54,855 bases of DNA, from positions 51,372,600 to 51,427,454 of the forward strand of contig NC_068989.1 of the NCBI RefSeq assembly GCF_001194135.2, read 5' to 3'. The notes under the pieces are model-generated. The model did not search any database, was not told the origin of the DNA, and was given only the letters and a program-made list of their open reading frames with translations. The translations under genes were made by a program, and so were the position numbers. Shown in pieces: positions 12,660 through 24,490 of this stretch (within the stretch, counting starts at the first letter, position 1; every line of letters begins with the position of its first letter). Source of the stretch: Octopus bimaculoides. Its lineage: Eukaryota.

Positions 12660-13865
12660 TCTTGGTCCTCCTGCGCCGCATGGCGCATTGGGTAGTAAGG
12701 CTTAGGAAGCGGCGATTTCAGCTTCATTCTATGAAACATCAATGGCTTTGAGGTCATCGATGAACGCGCGGTGCCAAATCTCTTTTGGTCGCCCTTCTTT
12801 TCCCTTGTCATGTGTGGAATCCACAGAATAGCGGTTTTTTTTTGCGTGCCGTGATGATGGTAAATTGAGAGGACATGTCCGAATCACAATGACAACTTCA
12901 TAGAGTGGACGGGTATCAGCTCGTCGTTGGTGATGTGGTCCGGGTATGATATTCGCAGTATCTGAATATCAGCTGAAATACATTGAACATTCTCGCGATC
13001 TCTGCCGATGTCTTCCATGTTTCCACCGCGTATATTGCCGATGGCATGACGATGCTATTGAAGATTCGCACTTTGCTCTTGTTGGAGATCGCCCTGCTTG
13101 CCAAGATGGGTTTGAGTCTTTGAAAGATAGCCGAGGCCTTCCCAATCCGGCAAGCAACGTTACGTTCTGCGTCTCCGTTGTTGGCCACGACGCTGCCCAA
13201 ACAGGTGAACTCATCAACTTCCTCGGTTTGGTGTTGTCCAATCATCAAGTGGACGCCATCTTTGTCCCCATCGATATATCCAATCCTCATGATCCTCGTC
13301 TTCTTTGCACTTATACGGAGTCCGATCATGGTCGCCTCCCGTTCCAATCTCTCTGTCATAGAGGAAGCCGCTGTCAGTCAAGCGCCCCGACCCACACCAC
13401 GGAATCCCGAATCCGCATCGTCCCGCGCATGACGAAGTCGATCGCCATAAGAAATAGGAGAGGGGATAGAATGGACCCTTGCTGTACACCGGTTTCAACG
13501 TCAAAGTAGTCGGTGTAGCCCGTGTCCGTTCGAATGAAGCACCTAAACTAACGGTAAAGGCTCTGAAAGGCGTCGACGAAACCCTTCGGAAGGATGAAGT
13601 CACGAGCGATGCACCACAACGAACTCCGGTGTACGCTGTCCAATGCCTTGACAAAATCAATTAAAATTATTGATCACCGCTGCTGATATTCCAGGCTTTG
13701 TTCGATAATGTTGCGCCACGTGAGGATTTGCTCATTGCACGACCGTCCGCATCGAGCCTCTTCTCGCAGCCTCTCATCAACTGCTAGTTGGAGCCGTCTT
13801 AAGGGGACGATACCGAAGACCTTTCTGGGTACAGAGAGAAGCGCAATTTCTCTCCGATTATTGTC
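12660..13865 (-). mobile_element. RTE-clade non-LTR retrotransposon, 5'-truncated RT and 3' end
   Basis: Minus strand: IDFVKALDSVHRSSLW, GVQQGSILSPLLFLMAIDFVM, GLRISAKKT, EEVDEFTCLGS, RIGKASAIFQRL, YAVETW. Confidence 0.9.
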
Positions 13866-13894
13866 ATTAACACATATAATATTGATAATTTACT

Positions 13895-14190
13895 CTCTCT
13901 CTCTTTACTCTTTTACTTGTTTCAGTCATTTGCTTTTAGTCGAGCAAATCATCGACCCCCAGGACTTATTCTTTGGATGTCTAGTACTTATTCTATCAGT
14001 CTCTTTTGCCTAACCGCCAAGTTATGGGGACGTAAACACACCACCATCGGTTGTCAAGCGATGTGGTGGGGGCAAACACAGACACACAAACATATACACC
14101 AACATACATACATACATATATATATATACATATATAAGACGGGCTTCTTTCAGTTTCCGTCTACCAAATCCACTCTACCAAATCCACTTA
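13895..14190 (-). mobile_element. tRNA-derived SINE family 2 (with internal microsatellite), 5'-truncated
   Basis: ctctttactcttttacttgtttcagtcatttg...gacgggcttctttcagtttccgtctaccaaatccact; the same family as 17085-17910. Ends in a 14-bp tandem duplication of ctaccaaatccact. Confidence 0.85.
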
Positions 14191-15123
14191 CAATTATACA
14201 TATAAATACATAAATTTATTAAATAGCTCTTTTTCATTAAATTCTGAGGATACAGAGGGAAAAAATCGATAATGTTAATATTTGAGCTAAGACTGATATT
14301 GATGGAAAAGCGGGCAGTACATGTTTAAAAGAAATTGTGATAAAAACAACTGAGATGTGCATAAGTAATACCTTTTCTACATTTCTGTCGTTCGATGAAT
14401 ACATTTTTTAAAATATTCATTGCGGAAATACTTTAGCTATTCGGTGCCTTACATAGTATATTCTATCTTCTGCTACTTATAGTATCAAAAGGAATATATG
14501 GTAATCCATCAACTTATCAAAAGGAATGCGAGCTTGTGCATTACATTTGCATCAATGAATCGTCACACTTAACATTGATTTGAGATACATAACTGTATAA
14601 ATGTATGACTAAGATGAACAGAGATACTTATACACACATGCAGAAAATTAACTTTTTGTACCAGAAATTTACATTGATTGAAGAGACTGTAACCAAGGAT
14701 AAAGCTCTAACGTTGTTGTAACCTATGGTTTTAGTGGACGGCATAATCCCGTATATAATTTGATTATCTTACTATTTGCAACCTTGGAAGTTGCCAAGTT
14801 GCAACCCTGGAATAAAATGAAGTAAGGTTCATATCAGTGAAATCGGAATCTGCATTAACAAGTTTTATATCCTGTCATTCCCATATCCGTGGAAATTTGG
14901 TATTCACTATGTCAATGATTTTCATTCAGAAACCAAGTGCATCGAGTCAGGTAGAAAATTAACTGCATAATGCCACTTATCCCATATGATCTACTTGCTG
15001 GAAAAAAAAAATTATAAAAATCTAAATAAGATTTAAAATTAAAGTTTAAAATTCACACAAACTTATGTCATGAAGTACTGAGGCAGCCGGATACACTAGT
15101 TCTTTGTCTCTTTTACTGCAGAA

Positions 15124-15498
15124 TCAATGTACTTTTTCTGCTACACAAATGACTGAAAAATTAGTATATCTTCGACTATACATTCGCTTGCAATGGGGGA
15201 ATATATATCGGAATTCATCTCTCTTTGCATTGTTTAATCCAAACCACACAAGTGCCGCCAGAAAAGGAAAATCTTTGTAAAATTTATCTTCTTTAACTTG
15301 TTTTATATTATATGCACATCGTAGACCGCCACTCAGAGACCTATGAACTACGGAACGAATGTCCTTTGAGCTATAAGTGTATTCAAAACATGCATTCTTG
15401 CTACTACACAAATTCCCAGCACTTTGCACCCTATGCTCCCTCAAATCAAACAAGTTGACTGCATTATACCCTGTAATCATTGCAACATATGTGCTTCT
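15124..15498 (-). CDS. Candidate 125-codon terminal coding exon, product unknown
   Basis: Open frame RSTYVAMITGYNAVNLFDL...ICVAEKVH* preceded by a polypyrimidine acceptor (cctttttcttatgtctctgtag). No family recognised; the length is near chance level, and strong plus-strand splice signals overlap it. Confidence 0.25.
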   Translation of the reverse strand, partial: RSTYVAMITGYNAVNLFDLREHRVQSAGNLCSSKNACFEYTYSSKDIRSVVHRSLSGGLRCAYNIKQVKEDKFYKDFPFLAALVWFGLNNAKRDEFRYIFPHCKRMYSRRYTNFSVICVAEKVH

Positions 15499-15785
15499 CT
15501 ACAGAGACATAAGAAAAAGGTAGGTTACTCCCTATTCATTCCTGGAAGGAAAATGTTTTGGATGAATGTGTTCAGGCAATGATTAATGTTTAATATATCT
15601 GGAGCATTTAACTGTTCCTTCAAAGGAAAAAGAAACGCTTAGTGTTACTCAGCAACGTAACATTTTAGAAGTCATTACGTGAGCCGCAAAACTGAACTGC
15701 TTACATCATACAATTATTAAGCTTTCGCTCATTTTTTTTTTTTTTTTGTTCTTGTGCCATAACAATTTCCAATAATTTTGCAGAA

Positions 15786-16053
15786 GTAGAGCAGCGGAGT
15801 AGCAGAATCCTCGCCAATGTAGGTAAAATGATTCGCGATATTTCGTCCATCCCTACATTTTGAGGTCGACTTTGCCTTTCATCCTTTCAGGGGTCGATGA
15901 ACTAAGGACCAGTTGTGTGCTGGGATCAGAGATCGATTTTGCCTTTCATCATTTCAGAGGTCGATGAATTAAGGACCAGTTGTGTACTGGGATCAATGTA
16001 ATTAACTTACCCCCTACCCCAAACTTGCTGGCCATATACCAACATTTGAAACG
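15786..16053 (+). mobile_element. SINE family 1 with internal ~64-bp tandem duplication and a 15-bp TSD
   Basis: TSD AATAATTTTGCAGAA at 15771-15785 and 16054-16068; duplicated unit at about 15866-15928 and 15932-15995. Confidence 0.9.
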
Positions 16054-16389
16054 AATAATTTTGCAGAACTCGCTTACTTTGCAGTTCAAAATAACGATAA
16101 TTCCATGAATAGTAGTCTCGCAGAGAAAGTCTCTATCTTCGATGTATGGATTTAAGCCACCTCCTCACCGATTACGTTTGACAAAATCTCCTCCAATTCT
16201 AGCCACATTATCACTCCAGTTACACTAACTTGCATACATGTACGTCGTGTTTGGTGGTGATGTTGGTCTTATAAAACCAGTAATGCAAATCTCTGGAATC
16301 ACTACAATATTTCACAACCTCAAGAAAGGTTACTTCTCTGACTTGAAACTCTTACACTGTTACATTCAGTTTTAATATTTATAATATCA

Positions 16390-16605
16390 CTAAGGCAATG
16401 ATTAGACACAGCCGTTAGAACGCTCGGCAAAATGCTTAGCGAGATTTCGTCCACCATTACAATCTGAGTTTGAATTCCGCCGAGGTCGAATTGCATTTCA
16501 ACCTTTCGGGGTTGACACAATAAGTACTAATTCTGTGCTGGGGTAGAGGTAATCGACCTATACCTTACCCATGAAATTGCTAGACTTGTGCCAATATTTG
16601 AAATA
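16390..16605 (+). mobile_element. SINE family 1 with a 16-bp TSD
   Basis: TSD AATATTTATAATATCA at 16374-16389 and 16606-16621; family-1 body. Confidence 0.9.
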
Positions 16606-17084
16606 AATATTTATAATATCAATGAGAGGCACATAGGATATGTCCTCCACAAACATTTCTATTCTTTCATCCTTCACTCCCTCTTAAACTGCCGTACATA
16701 AACTTCATAAAACCAAATACGTTGTTAGCATTTTAATATTAATTAATCAATACCTGCTCCAGAAATTTTTAATTGTATTAACGGAAATATTCTTTATGTA
16801 GCCTATTAACTGCGTAGATTTTCTCATATATGTACAATCACACACTTTTAAAATACACTTTGTCATAAAATTCTCTAGGAAAACAATACATTGTTCATTC
16901 CAAAATCTATACACGTAATTTACATATATGCCTATGTGCGAGTGTATGTATGTATGTATGTATGTATGTATCTATCTATTTATGTATGCATGCATGCATG
17001 CAGGTATGTTTGTATGTAAGTATGTATATATGTATGTATGAATGTATCCATATATATGTTTGTATATAATATATGTATATAGAT

Positions 17085-17585
17085 GCAGCTGTGTGGTAAG
17101 AAACTTGCTTCCCAACCACATGTTTCCGGGTTGAGTGTTTTCTACTATAGTCTTGGGCTGACCAAAAGTCTGTGAGTGGATTTGGTAGACAGAAACTGAA
17201 GGAAATCTGTCGTAACATTATAATAAAGGGTAAAACCATTAATAAGTTTCCCAGGTGGTCAGCGCAGGTAAAAACCTCATAGATAAATTTTACAAAATAA
17301 TTTTATAATTGTATGCATAATTATAACAAGGGATTGGCTTTACGCCTCACCACACACTGTAGAAATAGACGTTAAATGCCTTATTACCACCTTAAAATCA
17401 ACGAGAATAACACACGTGGTTAACCGAAAAGTTGTTGATCGACTATTTTTCTTTTGCTCACCTACACTATAGTGTTATTCGCGGAGATTTTAAGGTGGTA
17501 ATAGGGCATATAGCGGCTATTTCTCCTGTGCGTGGTGAGGCGTAAAGCGAACCCCTTGTTATAATTGTGTATATGATTATACAGT

Positions 17586-17620
<35 letters not shown>

Positions 17621-17910
17621 AATATATGTATGTGTATATGTATGTATGTGTGTACGTATGTATGTATGCATGTATGTATGTATCTATCTATCTATTTGTA
17701 GGTGTCTTTGTGTTTGTCCCCCACCACCTCTTCACATCTGGTGTTGGTGTGCTATGTCCCCACAATCTAGCGGTTTGATAAAAGTGACCGATAGAATAAG
17801 TACGAGACTTTTTAAGAAATAAGTTCTGATGTCGAATTGTTAGAATTAAACCCTTCAAGGCGGTGCTCCGACATGACCGCAGTGAAATAACTGAAACAAA
17901 TAAACAATAA
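17085..17910 (+). mobile_element. SINE family 2, interrupted at its internal microsatellite by a fold-back insert
   Basis: tRNA-like head gcagctgtgtggtaagaaacttgcttcccaaccacatg at about 17085; the 3' body resumes after (TA)n at about 17690. Confidence 0.85.
17305..17580. repeat. Fold-back element: ~108-bp imperfect inverted arms with a ~58-bp spacer
   Basis: Arm 17305-17413 is the reverse complement of arm 17472-17580 (for example ctttacgcctcacca / tggtgaggcgtaaag and ttaccaccttaaaatc / gattttaaggtggtaa). Confidence 0.9.
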
Positions 17911-19514
17911 ATGCTACAAATCATAAGAAGAAACCGATTCTTCGACATTAAATTCATACACATTCGCTTGGTGACACAGATTGCAGTGATTATAAAATCT
18001 ATGCTATAAACATTCGAAGCCTTGTGCCAGTGTAAGGAATCAATGATACCACATTAATTTCACATTGCTTTCTCAGCAATGAAAGTATGTTACATGCCAT
18101 AATCCATTAATTTAAAATATAAATGTAGAAATGATATTTTAAATGATATATACGCCATCAGTAATACTACTGCAGCTGCATGGAAAGATTTTATGGAATA
18201 CGTATGTTGGAAGTAAATTATTCAAACCAATATCGATTGCGGAATTATTCATAGACTTTCCAAATAATATATTCAAGTCAATTTAAATTTCATTTTATTG
18301 TTATTGAATTTACATGCGCATCATAGATACAATCCTTCAGTAGTATTAGTATGTACTCAGTAAATTAGTAAAAATATCTTACTTTAGTAAGACATTTTTG
18401 TTACACATTTTACGAGACTGATCAACAGGTATTACACTCTGTATCAAATTTTATTGTACCAGGTTTTATTTTATTGAATTAGAGAAGATGCAAACGATTT
18501 AGCGTGATTTAAATTGACAAATGTAAAGGAATTATTATAAACGTATTTAGCTGAAAGCTATACACTATCCGTCCATTTTCGACGTTCATTAATTAGAAGG
18601 ATATATGGTTTACAATGAATGTAGCAATACCAGCAGATTGATCCTTCAAAATCTATCTCCCAAGGTATTCTAGCTATAAAACACTGTTAGATAAAAACGT
18701 ACAGATACATTGTGCAGTAGAGTTTAGCATTTATATATAGCACTATTTACTAATTGTTCAGATATTAAATGAATTAACAAATCAAGAAAATATCAGAAAT
18801 TTATAAATGTGAATAGCTTGACCGAATTTATTTAAGCTCTTATTTATAGAGGGTATATTATTAGATGTAACTCAAGGAAATTTTGAAGAATTCAATCACT
18901 GCCTATGAAAACTATACACACTACTGAAAACAGTCCAGTCGTTTCCTCTTCCCTCTCAAGGAAAATTAATGTTATATACTTTAAACATGTTTAAAGCTGT
19001 ACTTGCATACTGCTTGGCTAAAAGCCTATATATCAACTTTATTACTTATGTAATTACCAGTTTGTTAATTATTACATCACAACTGAATATAAGAGGTACA
19101 CATACAGTTATATATGTACGGACATTGCTGTGAGGTTTGCAAGAGGCTGTGCTGCAAATGTGACAATATGTATACTGCTTACCTTTCGTCAGAGTAATGC
19201 GATTTCGTAGTTAGTGTTTACATTTGCTGTCTTTCAATGGCGTGTCTATTTTTCTTCAAAGATATTTGTCGCAGTTGATAAGCTGCTGGATTATCGGTTG
19301 TCAATTTATTAGCTCACTTACCGTTGCATGTAATGCATTACGTCTACAACATGAATATTTATAGCCAAAATGAAATATTTGAACTTAAACTACATGCGGA
19401 ATAACATAAAAAGAAACGTATGTTCATTTAGTAAGTGTGCAACACTAGATTAATATACTTTCTGGCACAAAACAACAATTTCCAGGCCACAGCAGGATCT
19501 TTTCAAAACTAAAG

Positions 19515-19742
19515 TCACTAAGTTTGTTAGGCACATACGGGGCTTTGAAAACCAATAGCACAACACATATAGTCGAGTAGAGATATATTCCATATGTTAA
19601 TGGGTTTAAGAAATGCAAATTATGAGTAACTGAAAGATTACATATTCCTGATACCTCTAAGAATTCCATCACCATACTGAATTCTAGATCCGAGATTGTC
19701 AGCAAATGCAAACATATGGACGAATATCTTTTATCGATTTGA
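19515..19742 (+). mobile_element. Penelope-like element, C-terminal GIY-YIG endonuclease relic
   Basis: PYVNGFKKCKL*VTERLHI...ILNSRSEIVSKCKHMDEYLL matches the PLE C-terminal pattern PY..C.LC..EK..I...LN.RSE..SKC.H. Confidence 0.75.
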
Positions 19743-20029
19743 AATACATCACTCTCTCCGAATTGAGCAGTTGTCTCGCAGACTCTGAATTATTCTACAG
19801 CAACTAGCTTAATTATGGCTTTACAATCAAAGGAGACATAGTTATAATTTTTTCTTCAATATTCTTAATCTGTTTTATTCGCCATTCAATATTTTGTATC
19901 TACATTCTTTTCATTTTTCTCCCGATTTTTCTTCTACCAGTTTCCTGTAAATTAAATAGACCGTTTTCTCTGAAACTGAACATTGTTTGGAGAGCCGAGG
20001 AGTAATAGCAATTATCCGCACTTTCGCCG

Positions 20030-21176
20030 TAACAGGTTTATTATCACACTACCTTCTGCGCATGCGTACTTATAATTGGTACTGTTGTGGTCACGAGATC
20101 GAAGTGTGAGCCTGATCGCGCCATTTTTCTTTTTGGCTCTATAGTGTAAGCATGGCCAACCGTCTAGCAAAGTGCTCTAAGGAACTACAAAGAGCATTGA
20201 TCCGATTTCCTTGGTCGGAATGTGCGTCAGGTGCTGATATTCATCGGAGGCTTTTAGAGCATTACAGGGACAGTGCACCACCGCGCAGAAGTGTGTATGA
20301 GTGGATCAAGTGGTTTAAAAGTAGCCGGACAAGCGTGATGCACGGAAAGTGTGAAGGACGCCCGTCAACCTCCACCACTGACGAGAAAATTCAGCAAGCT
20401 CGAGAGATGATAATGGTTAACCGGCGAGTTATCGTCGATGAAATAACTCGTTTTCTGTAGATTACACAGAAATCGTCCACAATGAGATTGGCTTCTATCA
20501 CGTGTCTATAAGATGAATATCAAGAGATCTTAATGCAGACCACAAGCGCAAACGTCTTGAGGTCTGCCAACGTTTACGTGATCGCTACAACAACGAGGTT
20601 GAGGAAATCTCGAACAGAATAGTCGCAGGAGATGAAACGTGGGCCTATCATTATGAGGCAGAATCCAAAAGAGAGAGAGTGGAGGGGAAACATCTTTGTT
20701 TTGCCAGCGACGAAGGAATTCAAAACTCTGTCTTCCGCGGGAAGGATGGTGTTAACCGTTCTTTTTCTTTTGCACTCAAGAGTGCCCATTTTGGAAGATT
20801 AACTGGGAAAAGAGCGTACGTGAACAGTGCAAGATACAGTGTTTTGCTGGTAAAAAAACTGAAGTCAGCAATTCGCACCAAGCGCCGAAGACTGTTGTCG
20901 AAGAAAGTTTTGCTGTTGCATGAAAACGCACACCTACACACAGAAGCCCAGACCGTTGAAGCCATTAACAAAATTGGGTTTTGAGGTGCTAGTACACCCT
21001 GCATGCCGCCTAGATCTCACCCTTTCCCGCAATCATATCCTTGGACCATTCAAAGATGGTTTACGGGGTCACCGATTTTCTACAGATGAAAATGCGAATG
21101 AAACGATGCATAAATATTTGCACGACCAACTGAAGGGCTTCTTAGAGGGAATATGCAAATGCATCGGAAAGGAGTA
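20030..21176 (+). mobile_element. Mariner DD34D element, near full-length transposase relic
   Basis: ATG at 20152: RALIRF...RSVYEWIKWFKS...GRPSTSTTDEKI, IVAGDETWAYHYE, LLLHENA, GPFKDGLRGHRF; several stops and frameshifts. Confidence 0.92.
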
Positions 21177-24100
21177 TATATATATATATATATTTATATA
21201 TTTATATATATNNNNNNNNNNNNNNNNNNNNNNNNNNNNNNNNNNNNNNNNNNNNNNNNNNNNNNNNNNNNNNNNNNNNNNNNNNNNNNNNNNNNNNNNN
21301 NNNNNNNNNNNNNNNNNNNNNNNNNNNNNNNNNNNNNNNNNNNNNNNNNNNNNNNNNNNNNNNNNNNNNNNNNNNNNNNNNNNNNNNNNNNNNNNNNNNN
21401 NNNNNNNNNNNNNNNNNNNNNNNNNNNNNNNNNNNNNNNNNNNNNNNNNNNNNNNNNNNNNNNNNNNNNNNNNNNNNNNNNNNNNNNNNNNNNNNNNNNN
21501 NNNNNNNNNNNNNNNNNNNNNNNNNNNNNNNNNNNNNNNNNNNNNNNNNNNNNNNNNNNNNNNNNNNNNNNNNNNNNNNNNNNNNNNNNNNNNNNNNNNN
21601 NNNNNNNNNNNNNNNNNNNNNNNNNNNNNNNNNNNNNNNNNNNNNNNNNNNNNNNNNNNNNNNNNNNNNNNNNNNNNNNNNNNNNNNNNNNNNNNNNNNN
21701 NNNNNNNNNNNNNNNNNNNNNNNNNNNNNNNNNNNNNNNNNNNNNNNNNNNNNNNNNNNNNNNNNNNNNNNNNNNNNNNNNNNNNNNNNNNNNNNNNNNN
21801 NNNNNNNNNNNNNNNNNNNNNNNNNNNNNNNNNNNNNNNNNNNNNNNNNNNNNNNNNNNNNNNNNNNNNNNNNNNNNNNNNNNNNNNNNNNNNNNNNNNN
21901 NNNNNNNNNNNNNNNNNNNNNNNNNNNNNNNNNNNNNNNNNNNNNNNNNNNNNNNNNNNNNNNNNNNNNNNNNNNNNNNNNNNNNNNNNNNNNNNNNNNN
22001 NNNNNNNNNNNNNNNNNNNNNNNNNNNNNNNNNNNNNNNNNNNNNNNNNNNNNNNNNNNNNNNNNNNNNNNNNNNNNNNNNNNNNNNNNNNNNNNNNNNN
22101 NNNNNNNNNNNNNTCTCCCCCTCTCTCCCCCCTCTCCCCCCCTCTCTCTCTCTCTCACTATATATATATATATATTGATAGCCATGTGATCTGTTTGTAT
22201 ATATTACATTATATATACATTATACAAATTGCATTATTACAGTGAATTTGTACAAGACCAGTTGTAGCATTCGGGATGATAGCAAATGTTACAGGTATAT
22301 ACCCGCTGTGAATGCACCTAAAGTGAAGAATAATCTATTGGTCATTTACTTTGAACTATTTTTGGGTGTCAGTTTTAATTGTCTCAAATAACATTGGCAA
22401 ACTGAATTACGTTTGTGTAGTAGTAGTAGTAGTTCCTTCGATAAAGCAGGTCTTCGTTTTGCCTGTTCTTCTGAATACATAATAAATACGTTGCAGCTAA
22501 AGTGTAAGGAGGATGGACCGACAGAATTTTGTGCAATACTGTTCGTTAATGTATAATTAATACATGCGACATTTTATTCTACACGTGAACACAATGATTT
22601 ATACTGATTCTAATATATCTTTATGTCACAGCAGTTTTGCAAAACATTGCGCATATATTTTAATGTGTACACAAAGAAATATATCGGTGATTATATATGT
22701 TTCTGAGACGTTTGTATTCCATATGAACATATATGAAAATATATGATGCTCTGAGGGCACGAGCAGGTGAAAATATAATTTTATATTGAAATGTTATATA
22801 CTATACTTCTCATTTATGCGTAAGTGGCAAGCAACCTACTTCTTTATATGTGGGTATATTACAAGGAGAAATATATCAATTATTTTTCACAATTTTCGAA
22901 TATGAAAATTTAGATATGGCTTTATTTAAATATATTTTGATAGATAATGCGTCTTAATTTCTTACAGTTAAATATGGCGACAAAAAATATTTCAATCTTC
23001 AAAAGGGAAACGGAATCTGGAATATTTGTTTTCTGTTCAATTTAAACGATCACGTGAATTTACATATACACAGTCACAGAGCACACTGGTACACTACACA
23101 TATATAGGCGCATATATACTCAAACATGTTGTGGTAAACGTTTACTTAAGACTACGATTTAACATGATTGTGCGTAACTATGGCAGCTTAATTTGATTCT
23201 ACAGAAATCACATTTAATGTGTTTGTTTTTCTTACAGAAATACACAGACACTCACATATATCTACATATATATGCGTGGGCATATATACATTTATGTTCA
23301 TATATTTACATACATGTGTTCATGCATATATATANNNNNNNNNNNNNNNNNNNNNNNNNNNNNNNNNNNNNNNNNNNNNNNNNNNNNNNNNNNNNNNNNN
23401 NNNNNNNNNNNNNNNNNNNNNNNNNNNNNNNNNNNNNNNNNNNNNNNNNNNNNNNNNNNNNNNNNNNNNNNNNNNNNNNNNNNNNNNNNNNNNNNNNNNN
23501 NNNNNNNNNNNNNNNNNNNNNNNNNNNNNNNNNNNNNNNNNNNNNNNNNNNNNNNNNNNNNNNNNNNNNNNNNNNNNNNNNNNNNNNNNNNNNNNNNNNN
23601 NNNNNNNNNNNNNNNNNNNNNNNNNNNNNNNNNNNNNNNNNNNNNNNNNNNNNNNNNNNNNNNNNNNNNNNNNNNNNNNNNNNNNNNNNNNNNNNNNNNN
23701 NNNNNNNNNNNNNNNNNNNNNNNNNNNNNNNNNNNNNNNNNNNNNNNNNNNNNNNNNNNNNNNNNNNNNNNNNNNNNNNNNNNNNNNNNNNNNNNNNNNN
23801 NNNNNNNNNNNNNNNNNNNNNNNNNNNNNNNNNNNNNNNNNNNNNNNNNNNNNNNNNNNNNNNNNNNNNNNNNNNNNNNNNNNNNNNNNNNNNNNNNNNN
23901 NNNNNNNNNNNNNNNNNNNNNNNNNNNNNNNNNNNNNNNNNNNNNNNNNNNNNNNNNNNNNNNNNNNNNNNNNNNNNNNNNNNNNNNNNNNNNNNNNNNN
24001 NNNNNNNNNNNNNNNNNNNNNNNNNNNNNNNNNNNNNNNNNNNNNNNNNNNNNNNNNNNNNNNNNNNNNNNNNNNNNNNNNNNNNNNNNNNNNNNNNNNN

Positions 24101-24252
24101 NNNNNNNNNNNNNNNNNNNNNNNNNNNNNNNNNNNNNNNNNNNNNNNNNNNNNNNNNNNNNNNNNNNNNNNNNNNNNNNNNNNNNNNNNNNNNNNNNNNN
24201 NNNNNNNNNNNNNNNNNNNNNNNNNNNNNNNNNNNNNNNNNNNNNNNNNNNN

Positions 24253-24283
<31 letters not shown>

Positions 24284-24391
24284 GCATGTGTCTGTATATA
24301 TGTGTGAGTGTGTATGAGTGTGTCTGTGCATATATATATATATATATATATGTGTGGGGGGTGAGTAACAAAGATGCGTAAGTGTAAGTGT

Positions 24392-24490
24392 AACGGCCGT
24401 AATTCATAATGAATTTATGAATTACGGCCGTTTCGAACGACTCCTTTAATTGATCAATGATCATTACAAGAAATCCGTTCTCATCAGATG
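24392..24490 (-). ncRNA. Hammerhead ribozyme motif (stem I defective) next to a perfect 18-bp inverted repeat
   Basis: Minus strand: CUGAUGA (24487-24481), stem II gaacg/cguuc, GAAA (24434-24431), palindromic ACGGCCGU stem III, GUA triplet. Only 2 bp of stem I form in cis. Inverted repeat arms 24392-24409 and 24415-24432. Confidence 0.6.

Noticed and set aside
16165-16167. In-frame TGA upstream of the candidate minus-strand exon read as selenocysteine
   Set aside because: A TAG lies 16 codons upstream in the same frame, there is no recognisable selenoprotein motif, and no SECIS was identified.
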